A stretch of 64,000 bases of DNA from NCBI GenBank assembly GCA_973895155.1, contig OZ316893.1:2810430-2874429 (forward strand). Reading direction: 5' to 3'. Below are positions 23,520 through 37,100 of this stretch, one piece after another. The notes beneath the pieces were generated by a model, which saw only the letters and a list, made by a program, of their open reading frames with translations, was not told where the DNA came from and ran no database searches. A program made the translations under genes and the position numbers. The stretch comes from Marsupella aquatica. Its lineage: Eukaryota > Plantae > Marchantiophyta. Each line of letters begins with the position of its first letter. Within the stretch, counting starts at the first letter, position 1.

Positions 23520-26500
23520 CTTCTCATCTGACTGGTATTTATAGACATTGATTCTTATCATTTGCTCGCCTTCAATCTTGGGGACGAATAAATACACCTG
23601 CAAGAAACTGAAGAGATGCATTTGTCACGTACCGAGCGGGTTTAGATTGAGAGCTAGCGTTTCACCCAGTTGCAGTCGGGACAGTACTGCTGGAGGTACA
23701 CTGGGATGGTACACCAGATATGGCTGACGATCATGCGTATCTGATGTGATCGCTGATCCTAGCTAATTGTCCCATTTCGTCTGAGCTCTGGCGACAAACA
23801 GCATGGGAATTACGAATACCGGCAAAGCTGAGGCTTCCTTCGAGGTTGACTACGCATGAGGTGGGCCGCTCTAGTTCGGGGGTCACGGGATGAACTGACT
23901 TAGTTTATCAGGGGCCGGAATCAAAGGTTGACCGTGATTTTTGCTTGGGATGGCCCAATTTGATCGAGAGGACAAGATCACTAGGGCACTCGATGGGATG
24001 CTAATATGAGGTTTTCTCGCGACAATTCAATGTACTGTATACCACAGCGAGAGCTCTTACCGGATGCTGCTGCTATGCAAAGAAGACACATGACCACCGG
24101 AGCAATCTGCCGTGATCCAACTTTCCTTGTAGCCACGAGAAGGGCACGAACGATTCGGAGGAAATCGTTGCCTTGTTCTCCATGATTGCATTGCCTTTCG
24201 GAGGCGCCGAGTTGGTCTCGAAATGTCGATTCCGTTGCCTCTTCTGCTGTTGGATTTCATCACATGTCTGGAGGATTTCGACAGTCCTATCCAGTCAGTC
24301 TGCTTCAGATGGTGAATCATAGGGAGAAGGTAGTAGAAACAAGTACTGGATGAGACGCGCCAATGAATTGCAGTACCAGCAAATCCATCGCAGAATACGA
24401 CAGTGGCGGCGGAGGGTAGTATCCAGCAAAGACTCATAAAGATCGTCATGAATGGAACAGCAGGTGCGAAAGAGAATGTAATGGACCATTCCTGAGTAGG
24501 CCCAGCCATCGCTCCTGCGGAGTGCGGACCCATTCCTGAAGATCTAAAATAGGTCAGTCTTCGCCACATCCACAATCCCTCGGTCTACCTCAAAGGAGCG
24601 CTTCTGATGGTCGGTCACTTTAGTTGAGTAGATGTGATGGCCCAAAAATGGCCCCAAAATACTTTGGTTTGGTTCCAATACTTTGGTTCTATTTGGTTCC
24701 AATACTTTTGTTCCAATACATTGTCTGTTATATTTTGTAACTAGGCCTACTTTGTCTTTTGTAACTAGGCCTCATTTTTTGGGATGATGACTTTATCATT
24801 GAGCAAAATAAAGTATTTTCTCCATAGTATTGTACATGTGTACATATACTACAACAAGAGACAAAAGGAGATGAGAGAGAGCATTTAATGTTTTGTTTCT
24901 TTCTAGAGAATGTTTATTGCTATTGAATTCTTTTTTTTTCTTCATTTGGAAAAGGGTTACCTACTTATGTACAGCATCTTTGAAGAAGGGTGAGTTTTTC
25001 TTTAGAAAGAATCATACTGAGAATTTATATTTTCTTTTAATCTTTGGAAACACTTAAGTTAAATGAAAGGGATGGATATAAAAGGGAAGTGGATAATTTA
25101 CTTTATTCTCTGTAATTTTTAATGTGTTTGTTTTTTCTTTTTTAATTTCTTTTTTCTTTAAATGAAATGGGTGACCTGGGACACTCTTTCCAAGGGGCTG
25201 AATAAGAGGGGCGACTCTTTGGGCTAATAAGAGAGGAGGGATCAAAAAAAGGAGGTGAGGAATAATTGTTAACAAATAAAAAAATGTATTCTTCACTTGA
25301 AGAGTACCTGCTGGTTCCAAGGGGCTAAGTAAGAGGGGAGGAAGAAAAAGGAGGGGACTTTTTGTGTTTCTATTTCTTCTTCATCTGGCTGTTTAGGACA
25401 AAGGATGGACATGGAACACATGGATGGTCTTTTTTAAGAGAAATGATGGACATGGAACTCATAAATGATTGCTTTTAGATTATTTTCTTTGTTTGAGGGT
25501 GGACTATAGAGGATTAAGGGTATATATCTTAAAGGAGGGGAGGAATAAAAACACAAAAAAAGACATTTTTATTCTTTGGTGGGGATGGAGAAGGTTACCT
25601 TAAGGGGAGGGATAAAAAAGGGTAAAGGAAATGTTTTTTTAATTGTTGAGATATTATATTCTTTGAATCAGTTATTTTCAATCTTTTAGGGTGGGTGGGA
25701 TGGAGGTTTAAGTGTATTTTAAGGGGACGAATATAAAAGTTAGACAAAAAGGGAGAGTTTTTATTTTTATTAATCTTTGTTCAAAATTTTCTTTGCTTTT
25801 ATCCTTTTTCTTGCAAGAGGGGCTTAACACTATTTGAGGGAGTTCTTAATAAAGTAACAAATATGAAATGAAACTCAAAACAGAAAAATATATTCTTATT
25901 TTCTTTGTCTAAACTTCTCATGCAATTATAAGCACAAATCTAGATTTTTGTTTGAGTTATTATAGGAGAATGGGTTGGGTGTACTTTTACTTAGGTTAGG
26001 TGTGATATTAATCAGGACCTAATTAGGTAATTGGGCTGAACTATGTTCAGTTTTTGTGATGAGCGCCTAAAAATGTCTTCAAAAGTTTTTCTCCGCAAGT
26101 TATTGTCTCCGCGAAGTACTTTGTATTGTTTTTCTTGGCAAGACTCATCCACAACAAATTCCACTTCTTTTGACGTTTATCTGTTTTTGCACAAATGAAC
26201 TCAACAATGGGATGCAAAGCCATCCAAAAAGTTCATGAGAGAAGACCCAAAAGTCCATGTCTATATCATTTGATTCATGCCCAGAGTTATATTATGCTGG
26301 TCAAAATTACCAAGTGGGACCTGATAGGGCTGTCGCTCAAAATGGAGCTTCTAACTTCCGGATATTAATTGTACAATAAAATAAAATAATATTAATAACC
26401 TATTTGGGGCATTAATTGTGTTCATCTTCATTCTCTTATAGTAGAGTTGCCAAAATCTTATGACTTTTAAGACCATATATTTTTGCATAGACAAGCTACA

Positions 26501-27833
26501 GCAGTTTGGGTACATAGTACCTTCAAGAATGTAATCCATGCATACATCCTTATCTGCTAATTGTTTGCATGGTTGTGAAACAAATATTAAGGTCACAAAA
26601 TACAATAAAGTGGGGTGAAAGCTTCAAGTTTTATCAGATGTGAGTTCACTCGGCGTCACTCCCTAATCAATCAATTTGGCCCCAGAGTCAAGTGAACCGC
26701 AAACAAGTTGTTGAAGACAAAGGGATTCTTTTCCATGATGTAACACTCTCTTGAACTCAATCAATTCTAGATAACTCTTGGTTTTTCAAGAATAATTGGA
26801 ATATGTAGTCAATCATGTTTGAAACATGGTTTTCATCCGCAAAATAACACAACCACCAAGAGATACCCACAAGGTTTGAGGAGGCGAGCAGCAACTGCCA
26901 AGCTACTTTGATTGGGAGGGAGGGTGTGGGAATTGAGGGAGGCTGTGACCTGCAGCTAGGGCAAAGGCAATGGGCCTTGCAAGGCCTCAGGCAGGCCCTG
27001 CAAACCACGGGGACCAGGAAAATTAGTCTAGCAAGGGCAGGGTGATTATGGCTTGGGCAGGGTTGGTGGCCATCTTACACCCTGAGTTGTGGTTTAACAC
27101 ACCTAGTAGCCGTGTCATAGTTCAGCCTTTGTGACCGACCCCTTCAGTCACGGGCCTGGTTAATGATATCCTTGCCCTCAATCCAACTATCCAATCCAAT
27201 CGCATCTGCGATGAGGTTGCATGTCGGTCCAGCCGTATTCAGTCCTACAGAGGACCGTAGCCATAGCTTTCCAAAATGTCAAGTATCAAAAGAAGATTAA
27301 GGCAGTCGACAACATGAGTCACGGTTTCCCACTCATTTGAATACAATGAGGGACAAAACTCAATGTCGAATTGGTTCGGTTTACAGGCGAGGGTAATATG
27401 TTTTTGACTCAGCTGTCCATATTGTTCAAATGAGCGATTCCCATCTTCAGGGTGCAAGAGTTGCAAAATTTAACATTACGAATGCACCACTGATTTCAGC
27501 GAACAAACAACAGGCTCTGGTCTTCAACTAGGTTTACATGATTGTACCTTGTAAATCGCATTGCATTACCTAAAGTTCCTCGTAATCTAATGGTGTATTC
27601 TTTGGTGGATGAATGTACCTTAGATGATCCGCCACAAGCATTCGGAATCGACAGTGTGATTACTGCACGATATTAAAGTGCAGGGTATCGATTATGGTCG
27701 TCTCTCTGTAAGTCCACACTCTGTAAGTGTAAACCCTGCCTTACTGCAAGGAGTCCCGTTCTTCCCTTTTCACACTGAGTTAGCGCTTTTGTGGCACCTT
27801 TTTGTGAGTGCAAAACAGGCCAGAAAACCTTAA

Positions 27834-28058
27834 ACCACACCTGCCACTATGAAAGCCTCATTCCATGTCTCACTACTCACCATAAAAGGTGGAACATTAG
27901 CACCTTTTGAGGAATACTTGCCCAAAAAAAGGTTTTGCAGTCAGCCCTTTTTGTGACACTCAAAGCCCATTTCTGAACTTGTACTCTTTAGCATGAGAGC
28001 TACTCTTTAGCATGAGAGCTACGGGTTACCCGTAGCTCTTTATAGGGGCAGGTGTGGT
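27834..28058. mobile_element. non-autonomous TIR element (ACCAC-ended family), copy 2
   Basis: TTAA|ACCACACCTGCCACTAT ... ATAGGGGCAGGTGTGGT|TTAA. Perfect 12-bp-arm palindrome AGAGCTACGGGT-T-ACCCGTAGCTCT. Internal 19-bp tandem duplication tactctttagcatgagagc. Confidence 0.85.
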
Positions 28059-31000
28059 TTAACTAAATTACAACTTTATGATGGAAAAACCTTGATCAGT
28101 GTATATGCATACTCATGGGTACGGCGCATTATTCACTGGCATATCGACATAGACAAAAAATTGCACTTACAGGGTGGGTGATCACGTTTAGGGCAGGGAT
28201 GTACAAATCTAGTGTGGGAGTCATGAGAATGTTCACTCATAGAGGGGCTGATTTTGCAGATGGAGGCACTCTAGCTCTCATTGAGAAATGCACAATTCCA
28301 TGTTTTTGCACTTGTCATAGTGCCCCCATGTTAAATGCATACCAGATATTTCTTCACATGGAGTGCGTACCTAGTGAGAAAACCATAGTAGCAGGAGCTG
28401 TCCTTCCTGGTGGGGTAGTGGGGTTTGTTTGTTGAGTCTCGTTGGAGTGCCAGAACCTGGAGATTCATTATGGGTGGCCAAGCTTCGCCCACGCGAAGTT
28501 TCAGATGTAGGCCTCAGACCAAACCTACTTGATCCTAATAGGCCCATCCATACACTATACAGAACACTTCAATTATATTGGGGTCATCCTTCACAATAAA
28601 TTTTAGGGCCATTTTGGGGCCTCGTGGGAAGTGCACATCAAAAAGTGAGAACAATCCTCAATCATTTATATCAAAAGAATTGGGATTATCAGTGTGTCCA
28701 ACCTATGTACATTTGACACAGTACACCCTATGTTGCTAAGTTTGAGCCTCCATCACTTCAGTTCAACCACCAAATACAGTAGACTGGTTTGAAAGATTAT
28801 AGTCTTGCCATGTGCTGTGGTCCTGGGGCTCCACAATCCAGACATTCCTTTGGACTAGCCCCCGACCAAAACCCTGTATTATTATTTGTTGTCTCCAAAG
28901 GTGAACATTGGTGATGTAGCTGCAGACTACTAATGCCATGCTATTTAAGGCAATCATTCAAAAACTATAAAAGGGTGGAGCAGTCTCGAAGTATGTGCAA
29001 AGGTGTGTGAGCTACAGAAGAGTGACAAAGATTCTCAAGCTAAATCCAATATCACAAGCCCAATGATTGCCCAAGTTGTCCTTATGACCACTATTAGCAT
29101 TGCAATTGTTTTGTCCTCGTGACCGCTATTATCATAGAAAAATTATTCATGGGGACATGTGAGTAGGCCAATAATTAATTTTTTCTACAAAAATAACACA
29201 TCATGTGGAACAAAAAATAAGGTCATTTAAATGGTTCATAGAGAAATGTTTTTTTTTTAATTGGGAAGAACATTAGTGTCTTTTAAATCTAATTTTTTAG
29301 ATTTACAAGACCATTAAATTTTTTTTAAATTGGAATATTTTTTAAGGGGCTTTAAAATATTAGTTTGCTTACATTTAGGGGGTCCGAGGTTTAAAAATGT
29401 TACAGGTGATAGGGAGACCTCCATATGATCAGACCCCTGAGTTTGCCAAAACATAAACCAAGACTCTATGTGCTCAACCATGAGTCTGAACCAAAGTTTT
29501 AGGCTCTTCCTGAACACTTGCACTTTGTTAGCAGAAGTGCAACCATGAATCCATACTTAGGGAAGAATTCTTTGACCGAGAGTTTGACAGAACATCAACC
29601 AAGACTGAAAACCCAAACTTTGATATTGAAAGAAGCCAAATACTAATAAGAGTACAAGGCAGAGGCAAGTGAAAAGGCTCAATTTTGTATGATTGATCAA
29701 GTTATGTACCCTGCGTAGACACCAACCAAAGCTGATGAAGAAGAATGGTGCAGCACTTAATTCAGCGGACTCATGGCTGCTTAGCTAACAAAAGTTTAAG
29801 TTTTCAAACAAAGCCCAGTACTTTGCCTAAGAGAGTCTTGGTTTAACATGTTATGGCAAACTCATGGTTCCCCAGCATGAGCTGCAATTGTTTCTCTGGC
29901 AGTGAAATTCTGAAAATTTGAGTTTGTTTATCAATTTGTAAATACTCTTAAGTTCACCCTTTACATTGCAGGTGGAACCGTGGTCAAAGCTTCCATCAAA
30001 AAAATTTGGGTGGAATAGGGTACCAGAACACAAACCCAAAGTTGATTCCACAACAGGAAACAAAGTTGATTGGGCCAGAGCCAACAGCACACATTGGGGA
30101 CAGGGACAAGCAATTTAGGGGGCCCTAAGAGACCAGGGAAGCATTAACTTGACATAGATTTCATACAAGGTAGTCCCTGACATACCCTAACATGGCATGG
30201 TACGGTATGCTCCGGTACTCCCAATAATCCCAAACACAAGCCCACATGCTATCCTCCAGTACTAGCCCTTGCGGCTACATGCAACTCCCTCCACCTCTGG
30301 TATTTAAGTATGTACCTTGCATCACCCTCCAGAGTCCACATATTGGTAGTTATGTATGTACCTTCCTGATTCTCTGCCTTTCTTGCCCTCTACATGGTGT
30401 GCCTTGCAGATTGACTCACCAGTGATGCTCACATTTGCAAACCATTTCCTGTGATCTGATAGATTAAAGAAAAACCGTCTTTGAAGTTCTCTGGCCAAAG
30501 GTGATGCCTAAAACAAAGGTTTATATTGGGCGATTGCATCTTGGACGAGATTGCATCTTGGGGGCCTCACTCAAAGGGGGTCATATATCATGAGCAACAT
30601 TTTTGGGTCATACACACCCTAACAATACATGAAAATTTTCTTAGTTACCAATTCTTTACGATTCACCTTTGGCCAGATGATTCCAAATACACAAAACTGG
30701 CTCAAAAACTCATATATTTTCTTAAAATGCTCAAAATTGGATAAAACAAGCTGACAACATTGTTATATATCCTCCCCTCAATACAATAAAAAAAAACATA
30801 AGTGCACTTGATGGGTCCAAAGAAAATAAGTGAGGACCTGAGGGACGCGGGATTGCATATTATGGTATTTAGAAATCACTGATCATTGTAGAGTAGTGGT
30901 AGACTGGTAGGGGTCTTTGGTAGGGACTGTAAGATCCAGGGCTTACATGCATGCACATATCAGAAAATGATACAAAAGTTTATATTCCAAATTTTGGCTT

Positions 31001-31337
31001 TGTGACCCTTGGTATGTAACAAAAATTACTTTCCCAAAGGCAAAAATTCCAATAAATGGGGGTCAGCATGGGGGCAAAAACTCTGGGAGACAGAATACCA
31101 AGCCAAGAAATCCAATGAATGGGGGTGTGGGGGGGGGGGGGCGCTGGCGGAATCTGGGAGACAGAAACCAAGCCAAGAAATCCAATAAAGGGGGGAAAGC
31201 AGTGGGAAAAAATCACGGAATATCTACAAACCTATGTAGATCTAAGAGCCTAAAGTGCCTGATAAGAGCCAAAAAGCCTAAGAGTCACAAACAAAGACCA
31301 AAGACTGGAACCCTACCCAACATAATACTAAAAGCTT

Positions 31338-31908
31338 GGTAGAGCTCAGGAGCCATGAGTAAAAGTTGTCACCATAACTCCACCACATGGCTGCCCTGGC
31401 TGCACAAAGAACAAGGACTAGAGCCCTTCTGAACAGCAGCCTGAAAGCCTGAAAGACACACGCACTGGAAAGTCTCATAGAGCTCCCCGGTTTGAACTGA
31501 CGGACACATTGTCATGTTTCCCGGGCGGTTGCCCAACATGACAACCCATCACATTCTGGCTCAAAATGGGCCAAATGTCACATTTTTGCTTGTGTTCCCT
31601 GGCCGGTCCCAAACTCTCCCAAACCCCTCCCGACCCGGTCCCGAGCTCCCCCGGACTCCCCTTCCTGTCCCTTCCCAGCCCGGTCCCGGGCTCCCCCGAA
31701 CTCCTCCGGACTCCCCTATCCGGCCCAGTCCCAGCCCTTCCCGTCCCTTCCCGTCCCTTCCCGGCCTGACCACCCCGCCACCCCGGGCCCGAGTGACTGG
31801 GTGGTCGGGAGGACCGGATGAGGCGGACGATGGGCTCCAGACCCCTCATTTGCCGGGCAAGTCCAAACTGGGTAGAGCTCAGGAGCCGTGAGTAAAAGTT
31901 GTCACTAT
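31338..31908. repeat. 38-bp direct repeats flanking a C-rich repetitive core
   Basis: ggtagagctcaggagcc(a/g)tgagtaaaagttgtcac(c/t)at at 31338 and 31871. The core (about 31600-31790) is built of ccggtcccg, ctcccccggactcc and cccttcccgt units. Confidence 0.75.
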
Positions 31909-32431
31909 GGCTTGTGCAGCCAAATGGCAACTCAGGCAAATTTGCACGAATTGGACTTCATGGAACTCTTACCTCGTCGAAGGTGAGTACCAGCTGCCTT
32001 CAGAAATGCATGGAAGGCCCACGCAACAAGGAATTACACGATGCGTTACATTGTCACCATGGTAGCAAATGGATGCCGAAATGTAGTCCAACTCCTGATT
32101 GGATGTCGGGACCGTTCGTGGACGATGAGTGAACGCGCTTCAAAAACTTTTCATTCCGCATGGTGCGAAATCTCGGCACCCACTTATGAAAGACGCAAGA
32201 AAACAAGGGAAAAGGCAAAAGAAGCCGATTATTGAAACCCGCTCCCGAACCCGCTCTTGATTCAATCGCAAACGGACATGGCCGACAATCAGTGCTGCAA
32301 CGCGAGGTGAGTGGAACAATTATTGCGGTGATGAGGTATTGAATTGCAGTCAAAGTAGTAGCGCTGGGGCACTTGCACCGACTTGGATCCCCCACCCCCC
32401 GGGATTGTCCGTATTCTTTCTGCAGGGTTTT

Positions 32432-34186
32432 ATGGCCAGCAGCTCATCTCGACATTCTAAGCGGCCTACACCAACTCATCCAACGCACTCAAGGCATGAA
32501 GATGATGCGCGGAGCTGCCCTCCGACCAAGACGCTGGGGACCAGACTTACTCCTTCCATACCCACCCTCCTAACTCAAGAGATTTTTTACATTCCGAAGG
32601 AGGTCCTCCAGTTTGGTACTAAGCGGATTTATGGAAACAAGGTCGTGCTCGGATTCGAATCTGAATTTGACACCCGCCTGGCCCAAGATTGGATCTCGGC
32701 GTACAATCAGGAGCATGAAATTAAGCTGTCCTTACATGACGAGCTGCCCCAGGCTCTTTTTGTGGTTCAATTTGACGCGAATGTGGGGGACCATGTCAAA
32801 AAGAGCTTAATCAACGCCTCCCCTCTCAAAGCTCTGGACCGTTTTGCAGCCATCAACGACTACACGCCTCAGTTTGATCCATGCAACACACTGGGCTTCA
32901 AGCATCTGGTCTCTGTCTACATCAAGCAGGGTAGCCCGGAGATTTACGAGTACATCAAATTTGTGGTGGCCCCCATCGGACGTTTCATCCGTGCTAAGCA
33001 AGCACCTGGCACTGAAAATCACCACATTTCTGCAATCGTCGAAACCACTCTCAAGGTGTTCCCTGCATACGGTAAATTCCAACTCAGCAACCCTGGCACC
33101 ACTACCATTTACTTTGACTACATCGGCAGAAACCTTCGCTGCTGCTTTTGCTTTTCCTACAGGCATTTTGCTTCAAAGTGCCCGCTACCACGACCACCAT
33201 TCTTCAAGGATCAAAATCTACAATTCAACTCCCTAGGCGGAGAGGCGGTCCATCCAATTGCGTCATCCCAAACGACAAAACAAAAGGGCCGATTGGATGC
33301 TGTGGTGTATCAGCAATGTCAAGAAGCGGCCCACAAGGCAGCCAACCGGGCCAGAGCTGAGGCAGATTACTGGAGGGGTCGTGCGGAAGAGCAACAGCAG
33401 AGGGAGGAAGCTGAACTTCAACACCTTGCGGAAAGAGCTGCGGATTTTGAAGCGGAACAAGCCTCCAAGAGCACCAACAACCCCATAGCCTCGGCTACTC
33501 ACGACTCCACCAAGCCACCTCCCCTGGGCAACTCTTCTCGCAAAAACCTGCGCAAAACCCATCACAAGATTGCGAAGAATTCCCGGCGGCAACTGGGCAA
33601 TTCAAACTCCGATACGCCTCAGGGCACACGAAGTAGCCCAAGGGAGACCAAATCGCACCATCCAGCAGGCAGTGGCTTCACTAGCCGCACCATTTCGGTG
33701 GCAACACCCAAAGAACCGGTTATCACCGCCAGTCCGGCACATCCCCACCCCAATCCACGAAAACCTCCGAGGCGGGTATGGGTCGTCAAACCAACCCAAG
33801 CGACCGGGCCAACAACTCTGGCTACGGAGGCAATGCCGATTGCTGTTGAGGTGACTCACTCCATCTCTGGGATCCCTCCATCAAATTCGGTCTCCCCCCA
33901 GCCTCCCATTGATTTGGCGAACGTCACCATCCGCAAACGCCCCTTTTCTCGTGAACCCTCCGAGACCGACTCTGATCCATTGCCCCTCTCACCTAGTGAA
34001 ACACCCACTCGAGCAAAACGCCCAAGACTTTTGGAACCCACACATCAAGCTCCGTCTTGCCTTAAGATCCCTCCAACTCACGATGCCCAATCTCACCATT
34101 CTGACCTACAACATGCGAGGTTTGGCATCACGCACAAGGCGCCTACGAGCCCGCTTCATCCTGGAGGGGCTGCAACGTTCCCCTGA
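32432..34186 (+). CDS. L1 ORF1 protein (gag-like, zinc knuckle), open frame
   Basis: First ATG inside the element is 32432. CX2CX4HX4C knuckle CFCFSYRHFASKC, then a Glu/Ala/Gln helical tract and a basic Pro/Ser-rich tail. Confidence 0.85.
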   Translation: MASSSSRHSKRPTPTHPTHSRHEDDARSCPPTKTLGTRLTPSIPTLLTQEIFYIPKEVLQFGTKRIYGNKVVLGFESEFDTRLAQDWISAYNQEHEIKLSLHDELPQALFVVQFDANVGDHVKKSLINASPLKALDRFAAINDYTPQFDPCNTLGFKHLVSVYIKQGSPEIYEYIKFVVAPIGRFIRAKQAPGTENHHISAIVETTLKVFPAYGKFQLSNPGTTTIYFDYIGRNLRCCFCFSYRHFASKCPLPRPPFFKDQNLQFNSLGGEAVHPIASSQTTKQKGRLDAVVYQQCQEAAHKAANRARAEADYWRGRAEEQQQREEAELQHLAERAADFEAEQASKSTNNPIASATHDSTKPPPLGNSSRKNLRKTHHKIAKNSRRQLGNSNSDTPQGTRSSPRETKSHHPAGSGFTSRTISVATPKEPVITASPAHPHPNPRKPPRRVWVVKPTQATGPTTLATEAMPIAVEVTHSISGIPPSNSVSPQPPIDLANVTIRKRPFSREPSETDSDPLPLSPSETPTRAKRPRLLEPTHQAPSCLKIPPTHDAQSHHSDLQHARFGITHKAPTSPLHPGGAATFP

Positions 34187-37100
34187 CATTCTGTGCATTC
34201 AGGAGCACAAACTCCGTGCTGGCCGAATCTTCAAATTGAGTGAAGTCTGGAGAACAGCACATTGGGTTTGTGCCCCCGCTGCGGATGGAGCACATTCTGT
34301 CCGCAACAACAGGGTGGAGGCTGGTTCAGGGGGCATGGCATTGGCCATAAAGAAGGATCTTTATCAATACGTTATTTCTGAAGGTGTCTTGGAAGGTGGT
34401 CGGGCTGCGTGGTGCTGCATGATTCATGCAGGATTGGGTAAGGTGGGGTTTCTGGGGGTTTACGCTCCTAACTCTGCCCGAGCACGGACGGACCTTTGGA
34501 GGGCGCTTTTCAATCGTTTGGATCCCTCCTTCACCTGGATTCTATTAGGGGATTTCAACATGATTGAATAGGAATCGGACCACAGAGGGGGCATTGGCAA
34601 TACTATTGTAGGTAGCGAAGGATGGGCATGGCGCCACCTTAAGCGACGCTTGCACCTGGTTGATACTTTCCAGGAGCATCCAGGGCACCTGAGATTCAGT
34701 TGGGATAATAAGAGAAGCTTTCGACATGTCCCAGGCATGCAACATGTACAAGCTGATAGCGATCGGGTTCTGAGAAGGCTCGACCGCATTTATAGCTCCA
34801 GGGGAGCTTCTAGGGAGAAATTTGATGTTTCATCCACCATCTTACCCGGCATCACATTATCAGATCATGCCCCGGTTATTGCCCAGCTCACACCCACGGG
34901 CCTCATCAAGAGACCATCTCTGCATCGAATGAATGCCGGTCACCAACGAATTTGTGCCTTTCAAGACCGTATCTCACTAATGTGGGAGCAGGAGGAGGAA
35001 ATTTGTACTGCCAGGGGCATGAAGGCGGATGTCATTCTCATTCGGTGTCTTAAAAAGGCCCGGAAGATCGACCGATGCTGGGGTAAGAGGAAAGCTATTG
35101 AGAGAAGGCAGAAGGAATCTTTGCTCCGTCACAACTTGGCCCTTGCTCAATTCCAATTGGAGAGAGACCCAATGGATTCAGTGTACCAGAGGTCCCTCAA
35201 GGATGCGGAGACCCTCCTCCATGAATTTGAAGAAGAACAGGTTCGATGGATGGACTTTATCCTGCAATCTAGGTGGATTGGCGAGGGAGATAAATGCTCC
35301 AAACTCTTCTTTAGGAGCTTTCGGGGGCTGGCCATGAATAAGGAGATCACCCATCTATTTACCCCCGAGGAACAAATCGTCAGTGGGTGGGAAGATCTGG
35401 CTGCCACTGCTACCAACTTCTTCCAAGGCATCCTCGGACAATCAGCTGGATTCAACTGGGAACAAGTGTCTCAGGTCCTCGAGTTACAATCTAGGCGCAT
35501 CCCGTTGGAGGATCAGAATCTTCTCAATGCACCCCTCACGGTGGAAGAACTTGGGAAAGCAGCAACTGCGCTGGCAATCAATAGGTGCCCTGGCCCAGAC
35601 GGGGTCCCCGTCGAATTCTTCGTGGCAAATTGGCACACGGTGGGCCCATCGCTTCACAGAGCACTTCGTGGCAAATTGGCACACGGTGGGCCCATCGCTT
35701 CACAGAGCACTTTTGCTTGGCCTAGCTGAGGAGAACTTCTCTCCCGAGATCACCCAGGGCCTCATTGTACTCCTCCCAAAGAAAGACGACCAAAGATCCC
35801 TCACCAATAAGCGCCCCATTACGTTGTTGAATGTAGCCCATAAGATCGGAGCTAAAGCGTTCCAGATGCGGCTTATTCCAATTTTACAGCGTTTCATCTC
35901 GCCTCAGCAATTTGCCTTCCTCCCGGGCGCAACATCCACCATTCTCTTATGCTTCTAAACGAAACGTTGCACCATGCTAAGGCATCCAGTTTGGATTACA
36001 TACTACTGAAGCTGGACATCATCAAGGCCTTCGACAAGCTTGAATGGCATTTCCTGCTGTCAATCTTGGAGAAGACGGGGTTCAACGGCCTACTCACACG
36101 ATTTCTGAGTGCCACCCATGCCTCTGCATCTTCGGCAGTGCTACTTAATGGGAGGATGGCCTCACCTTTTAACCTTGCCCGCTCGGTGAGACAGGGGTGT
36201 CCATTGTCTCCTCTACTTTTTCTTATCGCGATCGACTCCCTTAGCAACATCTTAAGCAGAGAAGTCAGCAGGGGCTCCATTCAGGGGGTCGACATCCCAC
36301 ACCTGGGGGTACACAATGTTCATGATTTGTTTGCTGACGACTTAGCTCTTTTGATTCGGGCCGAGACACAATTTCTCGATAGAAGCAGGCTGGTTCTAGA
36401 CCTCTTCGGCAAGGCTTCCGGCCTTTTCTGTGCCTGGGAAAAAACCAAGGCTGCATACATTTCCCCACGGAGGATCCCAATTGAATTCAGGCGGCTACCC
36501 TGGAGGTGGGAAGATGAACACAGTGCCACTAAGCTCCTTGGGATTCCTATTGCGCAGCACATTTCGAAACATCAAATGGTCCATTATCTATCTGAAAAGC
36601 TGGAATCTAGATTGGATCAAGTCCGTAAGACCTCTGGCTCGCTGATCGCCCGGGTCACTGTGGCCAATCACTTGGTTCTGAGCACTCTGTGGTTCTCTCT
36701 TACCATATGGGCGGGGCAGCTTAGCATGCTAGATAACTTGCAAAAGAAGATTACCGCCTTTGTATGGGCAGGGCAGAACACTAAGGCTCGGGCCAGGGTT
36801 GATTTTGCTACTATCATCAAGCCCAAGAGTCACGGGGGACTCGGATTGATCTCCTTGGTGACACAATTCAGAGCTTTGGCTGGGAGTTTCATAATTTGGG
36901 CTTTGGCGGAAGGAGATCACCCCCTCCGACGACTCCTTCAATTTGAGATTAGGAAACTCTCTTTGCAAAAATGGGGAGCTGACGACTTCACGTGGGCATT
37001 CTCTCACTGCCATACTCTCCCTCGGGAGGGCTCACAAGTCTGGATCAATGTCTGCACTGCATGGAATGGTCAATAAACATTTGAGGCCCACACCTCCGGG

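Noticed and set aside
21846-23621. Long antisense and alternate-frame ORFs over MOT1 (also over the L1, CRE and 926-aa ORFs)
   Set aside because: Shadow ORFs of GC-rich coding sequence.
24057-24575. 172-aa minus-strand ORF
   Set aside because: Non-ATG start, no motif recognised and competing frames. At best a decayed fragment.
24780-26000. AT- and purine-rich low-complexity tract
   Set aside because: No defined repeat unit or termini found.
31475-31939. Gly/Pro-rich ORFs on both strands
   Set aside because: By-products of the C-rich repeat, which lacks stop codons.
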